Assembly: GCA_041738755.1 (NCBI GenBank) | Contig: JBGSPE010000007.1 | Location: 13,079 to 77,078 of the forward strand | Direction: 5' to 3' | DNA: 64,000 nucleotides | Source: Minisyncoccia bacterium | GTDB lineage: Bacteria; Patescibacteriota; Minisyncoccia; Phycocordibacterales; UBA918 | In this document: positions 1-9,205 of the stretch, in pieces | Layout: each line of letters opens with the position of its first letter | Numbering within the stretch: the stretch's first letter is position 1 | Program-made: the position numbers and the translations under genes | Notes under the pieces: model-generated | The model's database searches: none | What the model saw: the letters and a program-made list of their open reading frames with translations, nothing else | What the model was told of the DNA's origin: nothing

Positions 1-111
1 CACGATACGGCGATACTTGACATTCATGGTGATGGCATCGTTTCTGCCGACGCGAAAGCGAACGGTACCGGTCTCATCGAAGTGAGTGTTCGGTACCGTC
101 CGAACACCTGA
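1..111 (+). CDS. 3' end of an unknown CDS (partial, ...GLIEVSVRYRPNT*)
   Basis: Frame 1 is open from the window start to TGA at 109-111 and is followed by a terminator. Confidence 0.5.
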   Translation, partial: HDTAILDIHGDGIVSADAKANGTGLIEVSVRYRPNT

Positions 112-139
112 TCTTTAAAATCCATACAGTATGTATGGT

Positions 140-175
140 GGGCCTCGCGGCACGTTCGCGAGGCTCTTTTTTTTG
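140..175 (+). terminator. Intrinsic terminator
   Basis: GGGCCTCGCG-loop-CGCGAGGCTC hairpin followed by a T run. Confidence 0.75.
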
Positions 176-189
176 CTATACTCACACTC

Positions 190-1062
190 ATGTCAGAGTC
201 TCAACAACGTATCCAAGAAATTGAAGCAGCGATGCTTCAAGCAACCTTCTGGAACGACCCAAAAGCTGCTCAGGCGATGATTAAAGAGCTCCAAGAGCTC
301 AAGGATGCGGCTAGTGGGGTTGGTAAGTATGATCGCAATGACGCAGTCTTTACCATAGTTGCTGGTGCCGGTGGTGACGATGCTGAGGATTTTGCCCGGA
401 TGCTCACGAGTATGTATCAAAGCTATGGCGAGAAGCGGGGTTGGTCTGTGGTTATTATTGATAGTAATACCAACGACCAGAATGGGTATCGCAATATCAC
501 CTTCGTGATTCAAGGGAAGGGAGCATATGGCACATTGCAGCACGAGTCAGGTGTTCATCGTCTGGTTCGTATTTCACCGTTCAATTCAAACGGCAAGCGT
601 CAAACCTCCTTTGTGCTGGTTGAAGTTTCACCAAAGCTTGAGGACGTGTCCGCGGTTGAGCTTAATGAAGATGATTTAGAAATTTCCTTCGCTCGCTCTG
701 GTGGAGCGGGAGGACAAAATGTAAACAAGCGCGAAACTGCCGTCCGCATTGTTCATGTACCGACCAATCTTTCAGTGAATATCTCTTCCGAACGCTCCCA
801 GCAACAAAATCGTGAAAAAGGGCTGGCACTCTTGGCGGGAAAGATCTTTTTGTTCCAGGAAGAACAACGAAAGCGTGAACTACAAGGTTTGTCGCTGGAG
901 AAGAGTGTTAAAATTGAATGGGGGAGTCAGATTCGCTCGTATGTCCTCCATCCGTATCAATTAGTGAAAGACCACCGTACTAATACTGAGGTCCGGGCTA
1001 TTGAGTCCGTCCTTGCTGGAAATATTGAACCATTTATTACTAGTTCACCGTTAGAGCCATAA
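190..1062 (+). CDS. prfB: Peptide chain release factor 2 with shortened domain 1
   Basis: LVRISPF (SPF codon-recognition motif), GAGGQNVNK and [13 protein letters not shown] motifs; located before ftsEX. Confidence 0.93.
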   Translation: MSESQQRIQEIEAAMLQATFWNDPKAAQAMIKELQELKDAASGVGKYDRNDAVFTIVAGAGGDDAEDFARMLTSMYQSYGEKRGWSVVIIDSNTNDQNGYRNITFVIQGKGAYGTLQHESGVHRLVRISPFNSNGKRQTSFVLVEVSPKLEDVSAVELNEDDLEISFARSGGAGGQNVNKRETAVRIVHVPTNLSVNISSERSQQQNREKGLALLAGKIFLFQEEQRKRELQGLSLEKSVKIEWGSQIRSYVLHPYQLVKDHRTNTEVRAIESVLAGNIEPFITSSPLEP

Positions 1063-1144
1063 CATCCTGCTTGTAGCCATGCTGTATTAACGGGGTGTAG
1101 GTTATTGCTTCGGCCCTGAGTAAGGTCATGATATAATTATCGCT

Positions 1145-1828
1145 ATGATTTATTTTGATAACGTTTCTAAGCTGTATAACGACAAACGTTCGGCTGCGTT
1201 GCAAGAAGTTACGTTTCAAGTTGCACCAAAAGAGTTTGTCTCTCTCGTCGGACACTCAGGTGCGGGGAAGACGACACTCCTCAAAATGATTATTGCTGAA
1301 GATCAGCCAACCCACGGGCAGGTCTTTTTTGAGTCACTTGATGTCCATCAGATTCCAAAGTCGAAGTTGCCAAACTACCGCCGCAAGATTGGAACAGTGT
1401 TCCAAGATTTCAAACTCCTCCCCCATAAGACGGCCTTTGAAAACGTAGCCTTTGCTATGGAAGCCAACGGACGAACCGATACCGAGATTATGGAAAACGT
1501 ACCGCAAGCGCTCTCACTCGTAGACCTTGATGATAAAATCTGGAATTTCCCGCATGAGCTTTCAGGTGGTGAGAAGCAACGAGTTGCAATTGCGCGAGCA
1601 ATTGTAAATCAACCAGACATTATTATCGCGGACGAGCCGACCGGAAACCTTGACCCAATTGCCACCTACGAAATTGTGCAAATCCTTCGCAAGATAAATG
1701 ATCTTGGTACCACCGTAATTATGACGACGCACAACAAAGGAGTGGTAGATGAGATTGATAGACGAGTGATTACCATGGATGGCGGAAGGATTGTGAGGGA
1801 TGATACTAAAGGAAAATACATTTTATAA
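1145..1828 (+). CDS. ftsE: Cell division ATP-binding protein FtsE
   Basis: Walker A GHSGAGKT, LSGGEKQRVAIARA, ADEPTGNLD; upstream of ftsX. Confidence 0.92.
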   Translation: MIYFDNVSKLYNDKRSAALQEVTFQVAPKEFVSLVGHSGAGKTTLLKMIIAEDQPTHGQVFFESLDVHQIPKSKLPNYRRKIGTVFQDFKLLPHKTAFENVAFAMEANGRTDTEIMENVPQALSLVDLDDKIWNFPHELSGGEKQRVAIARAIVNQPDIIIADEPTGNLDPIATYEIVQILRKINDLGTTVIMTTHNKGVVDEIDRRVITMDGGRIVRDDTKGKYIL

Positions 1829-1833
1829 TCAAT

Positions 1834-2754
1834 ATGGTAACCAGTTTCAAAAGAGTCATAAAAGCAGGGTTTGTTGGGTTTTGGCGTAATGCCTACGTAT
1901 CCCTCGCCTCTATCTTCGTTCTCACCGTCGCTTTGTTTGTGATTGGCGCCACGATGTTTATCGACCAGCTCCTCACTACGTCACTACAAACCCTGCAGTC
2001 AAAGGTAGACATCAATGTCTACTTCGTCCCAGATGCACCACAAGAACGAATTGATCAGCTGGTGACCGCCCTTGAAGCGTTACCTGACGTGGCTTCAGTA
2101 CAACTCACTTCACGTGAAGACGCTTTGCGAGAATACCGTGAACGAAACCAGGGTGATGAGATTGCTATGCAAGCTCTTGATGAGTTGAGTGAGAACCCGC
2201 TTGGTGCCAATCTCGCTGTCCAAGCTCGTGAGACCTCACAGTACGAGCAAATCGCGCAGTTTCTCGATGAACAGCAAGCGCAAGAAGAACCACAATTACG
2301 CGTGATTGATGAAGTGAACTACACCCGAAACAAAGATTCCATTGATACGCTGACCAACATCATCAATGCCGTTGAGCAAGCGAGCTTCTTGGTGCTCGTC
2401 GTACTCCTCATCTCTGCTGTTTTGATTACGTTCAACACCATTCGTCTCGCTATCTACACTGCTCGTGAGGAAATCGCCATTATGCGCTTGGTGGGAGCCA
2501 GCAACATGTTCATTCGTGGCCCATTCATGCTTCAAGGCTTCATGTATGGATTCCTCTCTGGGTTGCTCGCAATGATTATTTTCTACCCAATCATGATTTG
2601 GATTGGTCCTCGTACCGAAACGTTCTTCGAGCTTAATCTTTTGACCTACTACCTCGATAACTTCTTCGTCATCTTCTTCATCCTCGCTGGAATTGGAATT
2701 GCCCTGGGACTCGTTTCAAGTATCTTAGCCGTTGCTCGGTATCTCAAAACCTAA
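1834..2754 (+). CDS. ftsX: Cell division permease FtsX
   Basis: 4 TM layout, NTIRLAIYTAREEIAIMRLVGAS...IRGPF motif. Confidence 0.92.
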   Translation: MVTSFKRVIKAGFVGFWRNAYVSLASIFVLTVALFVIGATMFIDQLLTTSLQTLQSKVDINVYFVPDAPQERIDQLVTALEALPDVASVQLTSREDALREYRERNQGDEIAMQALDELSENPLGANLAVQARETSQYEQIAQFLDEQQAQEEPQLRVIDEVNYTRNKDSIDTLTNIINAVEQASFLVLVVLLISAVLITFNTIRLAIYTAREEIAIMRLVGASNMFIRGPFMLQGFMYGFLSGLLAMIIFYPIMIWIGPRTETFFELNLLTYYLDNFFVIFFILAGIGIALGLVSSILAVARYLKT

Positions 2755-2766
2755 TTCTTTCTGCCT

Positions 2767-4437
2767 ATGAAAAAATCTGTTCAAAAAAAGACGTCAAAAG
2801 TGGCGCCTTCGACGAAGTATATCTTTGTAGTAGGGGGGGTGATGAGTGGCGTTGGTAAAGGAGTGACTTCTTCATCAATTGCACTACTTCTCCAAGCCAG
2901 AGGACTCAATGTCACAGCTATTAAGATTGACCCATACATCAACGTGGACGCTGGCACCATGAATCCGACCGAACACGGCGAAGTGTTTGTCTTAAAGGAT
3001 GGCCTTGAGACTGACCAGGACATGGGGAACTACGAGCGATTTTTAAATAAAAACTTACCAGCCCTCAACTACATGACAACTGGGAGTGTCTATCTCTCTG
3101 TCATTCAAAAAGAACGTAACCTGGAATACGGTGGCAAGAATGTAGAGGTGGTGCCCGACATCCCGCTTGAAGTGATTCGACGGATTAAAACGGCCGGGAA
3201 GGCGGCTGAAGCAGATGTCGTCTTGATTGAAATTGGCGGAACCGTTGGTGAATACCAAAATGTTCTTTTCCTTGAAGCGGTTCGTATGATGAAAACAGAT
3301 GAGCCAGAAAATGTGGCCGTCGTGATGGTGAGCTACTTGCCGGTACCAGGATCAATTGGTGAGATGAAGACCAAGCCCACCCAGACAGCGGTCCGGACGC
3401 TTAACAGTGCCGGAGTATTTGCCGACATGATTGTGGCTCGTAGTCCGGTTGGCGTCGACCAAAAGCGCAAAGAAAAGATTGCTAAGTTTTGTAACGTACG
3501 GGCGGAAAATGTTATTTCTGCGCCTGATGTTTTAAGTATTTACGATATTCCAGTCAACTACGAACATGACAAGCTCTCGCTTCGTCTCTGTGAATTGCTT
3601 GGTCTTTCAACCAAGAAGCCAGCTGACTTAAGTGCGTGGAAAAAATTTGTCACTCGCTCAAAGAATGATAGTTCACCAGTTAAGATTGCGGTTGTAGGAA
3701 AGTACTTCAGTTCAGGAGATTTTATTCTCTCTGACGTGTACCTTTCAGTGCTTGAAGCTATCAAGTATTCAGCTTACTCGCTTAACCTCAAACCAGAGAT
3801 TACCTACTTCTCAGCCCAAGACTTTACTGACAAAACAAAGCTCAAAGACCTCAAGAAATTTGATGGCGTACTCATACCAGGTGGGTTTGGAAAGACGGGG
3901 ATCGAAGGTAAGCTCAATGTGATTGAGTACGCCCGGAAGCAAAAGATTCCGTACTTCGGGATTTGCTATGGAATGCAGTTGGCGGTTCTTGAATATGCTC
4001 GTAATGTCATGAAGCTCACTGATGCGAGTACTGAAGAAATCAATCCGAAAGCCAAGGACTTGGTGATTGGCGTCATGCCAGAGCAACGAGAGAAAATTGC
4101 GCAAAAAGATATGGGGGGCTCAATGCGTCTTGGAGAATATGAAGCAAAACTCAAAAAGGGCAGTTTAGCTCAAAAGGTATATAAAGCGACTGATATCGTG
4201 GAGCGTCACCGTCACCGCTACGAGGTCAATCCAGACTACATTGAAGCTATTGAAGCAGCTGGACTTATGTTCACCGGTACCTCACCAGACGGACGACTGA
4301 TGGAAATTGCTGAGTTGCCAACGAATGTACATCCATTTTTCCTTGGTGTGCAGTTCCATCCAGAACTCACTGCGAGACCGCTTGCACCACATCCACTTTT
4401 TACGGCTTTTGTGAAAGCAGCCTACGAGTCCAAGTAG
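2767..4437 (+). CDS. pyrG: CTP synthase
   Basis: GGVMSGVGKG, KIDPYINVDAGTMNP, GICYGMQ, ERHRHRYE, QFHPE. Confidence 0.97.
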   Translation: MKKSVQKKTSKVAPSTKYIFVVGGVMSGVGKGVTSSSIALLLQARGLNVTAIKIDPYINVDAGTMNPTEHGEVFVLKDGLETDQDMGNYERFLNKNLPALNYMTTGSVYLSVIQKERNLEYGGKNVEVVPDIPLEVIRRIKTAGKAAEADVVLIEIGGTVGEYQNVLFLEAVRMMKTDEPENVAVVMVSYLPVPGSIGEMKTKPTQTAVRTLNSAGVFADMIVARSPVGVDQKRKEKIAKFCNVRAENVISAPDVLSIYDIPVNYEHDKLSLRLCELLGLSTKKPADLSAWKKFVTRSKNDSSPVKIAVVGKYFSSGDFILSDVYLSVLEAIKYSAYSLNLKPEITYFSAQDFTDKTKLKDLKKFDGVLIPGGFGKTGIEGKLNVIEYARKQKIPYFGICYGMQLAVLEYARNVMKLTDASTEEINPKAKDLVIGVMPEQREKIAQKDMGGSMRLGEYEAKLKKGSLAQKVYKATDIVERHRHRYEVNPDYIEAIEAAGLMFTGTSPDGRLMEIAELPTNVHPFFLGVQFHPELTARPLAPHPLFTAFVKAAYESK

Positions 4438-4530
4438 GGTAGAAGGGGGGTTCAAAGTATCAGAACTTTATGGTAGTCTAGTGGGCGCGTGACTTTGTCA
4501 TTTGCAAACAGCGAACAAACAATAGAATAA

Positions 4531-4601
4531 TGGCGGATCGTCTAATGGTAGGACTACGGTTTTTGGTGCCGTCTATCGGGGTTCGAGTCCCTGTCCGCCA
4601 G
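4531..4601 (+). tRNA. tRNA-Gln(TTG)
   Basis: Cloverleaf: TGGCGGA/TCCGCCA acceptor, anticodon loop TT-TTG-GT, GGTTCGAGTCC T-arm. Confidence 0.93.
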
Positions 4602-4678
4602 CACGTTATTTGAGGCTTATTTTCCAATCTAAAATTTAATACCGCTGCCTTACTTTGGAACTTTGGTATAATTTATAT

Positions 4679-5011
4679 ATGAAAGATCTAGAGGAATACA
4701 GAAAAATTAATCTTGCAGTGCGTGAAGATGGAACCTGGTCTGGGGTGAGCAGATGTCTTAGCAAGAAAGATATAGATTCTGAAAAAGTATTTATCGCTTC
4801 TAATTTTGGTGAAGACGGCACAATGGATTATTGGGCAATAATCACACATGATAAAAAAGTGTATGAATTTTATTATTACTGGAGTCCTGACAAAACCTGT
4901 ACTGAAGGTGAAATAACCGAATGGCATGATTATACGAACTCACCTGAAAAGATCTATATGTATGAAGAAGTCAAATTTATTTTGGATAACTTTGACTCAA
5001 TCGTACTATAA
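4679..5011 (+). CDS. AT-rich hypothetical protein (acidic, aromatic-rich)
   Basis: 110-aa ORF from ATG 4679, TATAAT 6 nt upstream; visibly lower GC than flanking genes. Confidence 0.7.
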   Translation: MKDLEEYRKINLAVREDGTWSGVSRCLSKKDIDSEKVFIASNFGEDGTMDYWAIITHDKKVYEFYYYWSPDKTCTEGEITEWHDYTNSPEKIYMYEEVKFILDNFDSIVL

Positions 5012-5042
5012 AAAAGTTCCAACTTCGTACCATACGGCCAGC

Positions 5043-5132
5043 AAACAAAAACCACCCCAAAATGAGGTGGGTGTCTGGCCTACTAGAGCGTGCACCTGCC
5101 AGGAGATGTAGAGGCTTGTTTCGGAGCAGACA
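5043..5132 (-). ncRNA. Candidate ~90-nt small RNA
   Basis: TTGATT-16-TATAAT promoter (5165-5138), TGTCTG/CAGACA closing stem, terminator hairpin plus T run at 5070-5043, no ORF. Confidence 0.4.
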
Positions 5133-5261
5133 GATTAATTATACCTAAGAGACCTAAATAATCAAAAAACACTTCCAATATCGTTCCAGACCCCCAGCTA
5201 CGAAAAAAGCGTTTGATGTTAGATTATTGTATACTTAGGTAATACGTTTTAAATAAATACT

Positions 5262-5828
5262 ATGTACTCACTCCTATTTCTTAGTCCACTCGGCACGCTC
5301 AACCTACTCCTTTCGCTGGGTGGTTTGGCTTTGCTTGGAGTGACTGTTGTTTTGGCAGTTGATTATCTGCGGTACGAGAGTCGTTTGTATGCGCGATTTA
5401 TAAAGCCATACGTTGAAGCGATTATCATTGGTACCACAGTAGGGAGTGTGGTGATGACACTGGTGTACTCAGAATACTTTGGTTTTATTCCATGTTCGCT
5501 TTGTTGGTTGCAGCGTGTGGCTCTGTACCCTCAAGCACTCATGAGTATCATAGCTGTAAAAACAAAAGATACGCTCTACTATCCGCTCTATGGAATTGGT
5601 CTCTCAATCTTTGGTTTCATTGTGGCTGTCTATCATTACATCTACCAAATGGTACCGGCTGACGTATTGGCTTCTGGCGGACTACCATGTCTCGCTGATG
5701 GGAGCGCTGACTGTGCCAGTAAGGTGATGAACACCTTTGGCTTTGTGACGTTTCCACTCCTTTCAGCTATTACCTTTTTATTTTTGATTGTCCTGTATTT
5801 GAATATTCGTCGGAGTAATACAAAATAG
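5262..5828 (+). CDS. dsbB: Disulfide bond formation protein B (DsbB/BdbC family)
   Basis: PCSLCWLQR motif, second Cys pair, multiple TM helices. Confidence 0.85.
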   Translation: MYSLLFLSPLGTLNLLLSLGGLALLGVTVVLAVDYLRYESRLYARFIKPYVEAIIIGTTVGSVVMTLVYSEYFGFIPCSLCWLQRVALYPQALMSIIAVKTKDTLYYPLYGIGLSIFGFIVAVYHYIYQMVPADVLASGGLPCLADGSADCASKVMNTFGFVTFPLLSAITFLFLIVLYLNIRRSNTK

Positions 5829-5830
5829 TG

Positions 5831-5862
5831 AAAACCGCCGGGCCCAAGGGTCCGGCGGTTTT
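5831..5862. terminator. Bidirectional intrinsic terminator
   Basis: AAAACCGCCGG...CCGGCGGTTTT inverted repeat. Confidence 0.75.
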
Positions 5863-5921
5863 ATAGAGTAGTGAAACTATTCAGGTTTATTTTGATACGC
5901 AATGCGGTAGAATACTCTGCA

Positions 5922-7046
5922 ATGGTTACTCCACGGTACGAATATTCGAAAGCAGTATTACTTGAACGAGCGCAACTACTCATGAACCTCACAGCGCCGT
6001 ATGGGTTGACAGTACGCTACGCCGTAAAAGCAAATCCTCATAAAGATATCGTCGCTTTGCTCCACGATACTGGAATGGAGTTTGATGCAAGTTCGAGTTA
6101 TGAAGCCGCTGATCTGTTGGCGCTAGGTATACCGGGTAGTCATATCTCACTATCGTCACAACAATCGCCACATAACCTAAACGAATTACTCGCAGCTGGT
6201 GTGCACTTTGTGGCGACATCCTTCAAGCAGCTTGAACTATTTCTTGCGTGTCCCCATCGACCACATACGGTAGCGGTGCGAATTAATCCACCTGTTGGTC
6301 ATGGTCACAATAATCGAACCAGTACCGGTGGGACAAATTCAAGTTTTGGAATTTGGCACGAATATATTGGGGAGATACTGACTCGGGTTGAAGCCGCTCA
6401 GGTAGAAATAGACAAGGTTCATATCCATATTGGTTCTGGAGCTGACCCAAAGGTGTGGGGGGAAGTGATGGATATTTCACTTGGTATTTTAGAACAGATA
6501 GAAACAGCTACGATTTTGGACATTGGTGGCGGGTACAAAGTTCACCGGTATGGAAATGAGAAAGAAGCTGATATTAATGCAATCATGAATCTCTTCAGTG
6601 CAAAGTTGGAAGCATTTTATAAAAAGACCGGCAGAAAGATTGCTCTTGAAATTGAACCCGGGACATTTGTGGTAGCTGGGGCGGGAACGCTTATTGCGAC
6701 GGTCGATGATATTGTCGATACAGGTAAAGAAGGGTATCAATTTTTGCGATTGAATACCGGGATGAATGATTTCTTACGGAGTAGTCTCTATGGTGCGCAG
6801 CACGGAATAGAGGTAGTAAATAATTCAGAAGAAACTGACACGTACGTGGTAGTAGGGCATAACTGCGAGTCAGGAGATATTTTGACCCCGGGTCCTGGCG
6901 ACCCAGAAGAAATTCTTCCACGAACATTTAAAAAAGCTACCATTGGAGATGAGGTGAGAATATATGATACGGGGGCATATTGTGCCAGTATGCGGGCTAA
7001 AGGATACAACTCGTTTCCTGATGCGGTAGAGGTGGTTGTTGAATAA
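5922..7046 (+). CDS. lysA: Diaminopimelate decarboxylase (fold-type III PLP decarboxylase)
   Basis: YAVKAN, HIHIGS, DIGGG, EPG, NCESGD, DTGAY...YNSFP; start moved to ATG 5922 behind TAGAAT. Confidence 0.8.
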   Translation: MVTPRYEYSKAVLLERAQLLMNLTAPYGLTVRYAVKANPHKDIVALLHDTGMEFDASSSYEAADLLALGIPGSHISLSSQQSPHNLNELLAAGVHFVATSFKQLELFLACPHRPHTVAVRINPPVGHGHNNRTSTGGTNSSFGIWHEYIGEILTRVEAAQVEIDKVHIHIGSGADPKVWGEVMDISLGILEQIETATILDIGGGYKVHRYGNEKEADINAIMNLFSAKLEAFYKKTGRKIALEIEPGTFVVAGAGTLIATVDDIVDTGKEGYQFLRLNTGMNDFLRSSLYGAQHGIEVVNNSEETDTYVVVGHNCESGDILTPGPGDPEEILPRTFKKATIGDEVRIYDTGAYCASMRAKGYNSFPDAVEVVVE

Positions 7047-7094
7047 ATTTTGAAATAAAGGAAATTATTCCAATAAATTGGTATACTTTCTGTA

Positions 7095-7616
7095 ATGAAA
7101 ACGTTTTTAGGAGGGTTGCTTGTCGTAATTGCGGCTGTGTCGATAGGGATATATACCTTTTCAACGTTTGTGTACGATAGAGATACTGACACTGAGCCAG
7201 TGGTACTTGATGAGGGGTTGGAGATGGAAAACCTACCCGCTGCCAATCAGGTACCGTCTGATGTCATGGCGCAGATTGCTGCTAAAAGTGAGTTGATTTT
7301 GGTTCGAAACCCTACACCACTTTCGGTAGTTTCTAGTCCGCTTCAGGTGAGTGGCATGGCCCGTGGGCAGTGGTACTTCGAAGGGTCCTTTCCGGTTACG
7401 GTGACTGATTGGGACGGCTTGATTATTGGTGAAGGATTTGTGACGGCACAGGCAGATTGGATGACTACAGAATTTGTACCTTTTACTGGTGAAATTACGT
7501 TTACGGTTCCTCCTGAGACGCCCTACAAGCGAGGTATTATTATCTTTCAAAAAGATAATCCATCTGGTCTGTCACAGAACGATGATGCGCTGGAGATACC
7601 AGTGAACTTTGAGTAA
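7095..7616 (+). CDS. Membrane-anchored Gmad2 Ig-like domain protein
   Basis: N-terminal TM; SPLQVSGMARGQWYFEGSFPV...DNPSGL pattern. Confidence 0.75.
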   Translation: MKTFLGGLLVVIAAVSIGIYTFSTFVYDRDTDTEPVVLDEGLEMENLPAANQVPSDVMAQIAAKSELILVRNPTPLSVVSSPLQVSGMARGQWYFEGSFPVTVTDWDGLIIGEGFVTAQADWMTTEFVPFTGEITFTVPPETPYKRGIIIFQKDNPSGLSQNDDALEIPVNFE

Positions 7617-7638
7617 CCACCAACACCGTCCAATGGAG

Positions 7639-7675
7639 TGTCTAGTCGGCTTGACATTTGAGTTCTAAAATGTCA
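7639..7675 (+). promoter_or_regulatory. Probable autoregulatory operator overlapping the -35 of the XRE gene
   Basis: TGTCTAG-N4-CTTGACA palindrome and overlapping TGACATTT-N8-AAATGTCA inverted repeat. Confidence 0.45.
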
Positions 7676-7696
7676 CAATGGCCTTATATCACTACT

Positions 7697-7909
7697 ATGA
7701 AAGAAAGCATTGCAAATACAGTACAAGAGCTACGCATAAACGCGACAATGACCCAGGAAGAATTGGCTTCGTCTGTTGGTGTGAGTCGGCAGACTATTAT
7801 TGCTGTCGAAAAAGGGAATTACACCCCATCAGTTTTGTTGGCAATTAAAATAGCGGAAATATTTAAACAACCAGTCGAAAAAATATTCACCATTACGTAT
7901 GAAAAATAA
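7697..7909 (+). CDS. XRE-family HTH transcriptional regulator
   Basis: MTQEELASSVGVSRQTIIAVEKGNYTPSVLLA. Confidence 0.9.
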   Translation: MKESIANTVQELRINATMTQEELASSVGVSRQTIIAVEKGNYTPSVLLAIKIAEIFKQPVEKIFTITYEK

Positions 7910-8264
7910 TCTTACACACATTGTTCTGGCTCTTGCTTTAGTAATACTGCTGGTCCTTTTGACTGATCCGTTTATGTACTTTATGCCGCCAACAGCTGCG
8001 TTGGTTGCGCTCCTAATAATTATTGTCTTGGTTGGAGTATGGACAGGGTCAATTTTGCGGGAAGCACCTGGTGATGAGCGAGCAATCATTCATAGCATGA
8101 ATGCAGGGCGGGTAGCGTATCTCTCTGGTGCAATTGTGCTGACAGCAGCGGTTGTCTACCAAGGCTTGGTCCATCATATGGTGGATACAGAAGTCGCTCT
8201 AGCGCTTGGAGTGATGGTGGTGGCTAAGATTGCTGCTCAGCTCTATTTTGAAAAGTATCGATAA
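7899..8264 (+). CDS. 4-TM membrane protein coupled to XRE regulator (DUF2178-like)
   Basis: Hydrophobic helices, DER motif, overlaps the HTH gene. Confidence 0.7.
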   Translation: MKNNLTHIVLALALVILLVLLTDPFMYFMPPTAALVALLIIIVLVGVWTGSILREAPGDERAIIHSMNAGRVAYLSGAIVLTAAVVYQGLVHHMVDTEVALALGVMVVAKIAAQLYFEKYR

Positions 8265-8409
8265 CACTGTCTCGTGTAAGGACAAAAAGTGAGCATTTGC
8301 TCACTTTTTTGTTATTTTATTGGTTAAGAGTAAACCTGCGGTAGTGTAAATCACAGTTCTTCACTGCTGTCGGTATTTTGCGTCTTCGAGTACGCTATGA
8401 TTAAGGGGT

Positions 8410-8607
8410 ATGGATACACAAATCCTTTACAGTGAAGTCGAATACGCTCGAGTCAAATGGTACCTCGTTAGTAGCGGGAAAGATGGTACGATTGATGATG
8501 TCTTATCAGTCATCCGCCAGGGCTATACCAAAGCTGCTCAAATCCAGGCCCGGCTGCACCAAGAAGGCATTCTTGATCTCAATGAAATTCGGGAGTTTGA
8601 TGAATAA
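8410..8607 (+). CDS. Small hypothetical protein (possible winged-helix, FtsK-gamma-like)
   Basis: 65 aa, TATGAT 8 nt upstream; GYTKAAQIQARLHQEGIL resembles the FtsK gamma helix pattern. Confidence 0.5.
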   Translation: MDTQILYSEVEYARVKWYLVSSGKDGTIDDVLSVIRQGYTKAAQIQARLHQEGILDLNEIREFDE

Positions 8608-8651
8608 ATACTTTAAAGCCGGTGCATAATGCACCGGCTTTCTGTCTTCGT

Positions 8652-8861
8652 TCAGACGCACCGTCGTTTACTATTTTTGGCAGTACATTGCCGGCCAGGC
8701 GCTTTGGCTGGCATGACACTATAGTCATTACTGCTTATTTGTACGCGCGGTGTCATAAATCGTTGCTTATACGTGGGAAGCACTGTAACAACAAAGACGT
8801 AGTATGTTATTACTGCCAGGGCCAGACACCACCAGACACCAAATTTTCGAAACCAGGCCAT
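8652..8861 (-). CDS. Small single-TM hypothetical protein
   Basis: AAGGAGGAG SD before ATG 8861; 69 aa with hydrophobic N-terminus and basic tail. Confidence 0.55.
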   Translation of the reverse strand: MAWFRKFGVWWCLALAVITYYVFVVTVLPTYKQRFMTPRVQISSNDYSVMPAKAPGRQCTAKNSKRRCV

Positions 8862-8982
8862 ATTTCTCCTCCTTCTTGTCTCCTTAAAAAACACTCTCAA
8901 ACCTCACTATCTTCTAAAACTTATTGGATGTCAAATAATTATTGTATAAATCCTGTGTACTATATTTATAATTACACCGTAG

Positions 8983-9205
8983 TAAGAGAAGTAATTAAAC
9001 ACATGTTATGATTAAACAAGCAGTAGTCGCTGGAGGATGCTTCTGGGGTGAGAAAGCGTGGGACGCTTTCGCAAGACCTTGCCAACTAGTTTCGAGCTTG
9101 CGAGAAAATAGTGACAAGGTGTACAGTTCCTGTAAGGAATAAGAGAGGTAATAAAACATATCTATGATTAAACAAGCAGTAGTCGCTGGAGGATGCTTCT
9201 GGGGT
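8983..9205 (+). repeat. Direct duplication of the msrA 5' end flanking a ~90-bp hairpin insert
   Basis: 43-bp exact repeat 9007-9049 = 9163-9205, imperfect extension upstream to 8983/9140. Confidence 0.9.

Noticed and set aside
105-190. prfB programmed +1 frameshift site
   Set aside because: No SD-CTT-TGA-C motif; a terminator and a -10 box separate the upstream ORF from ATG 190
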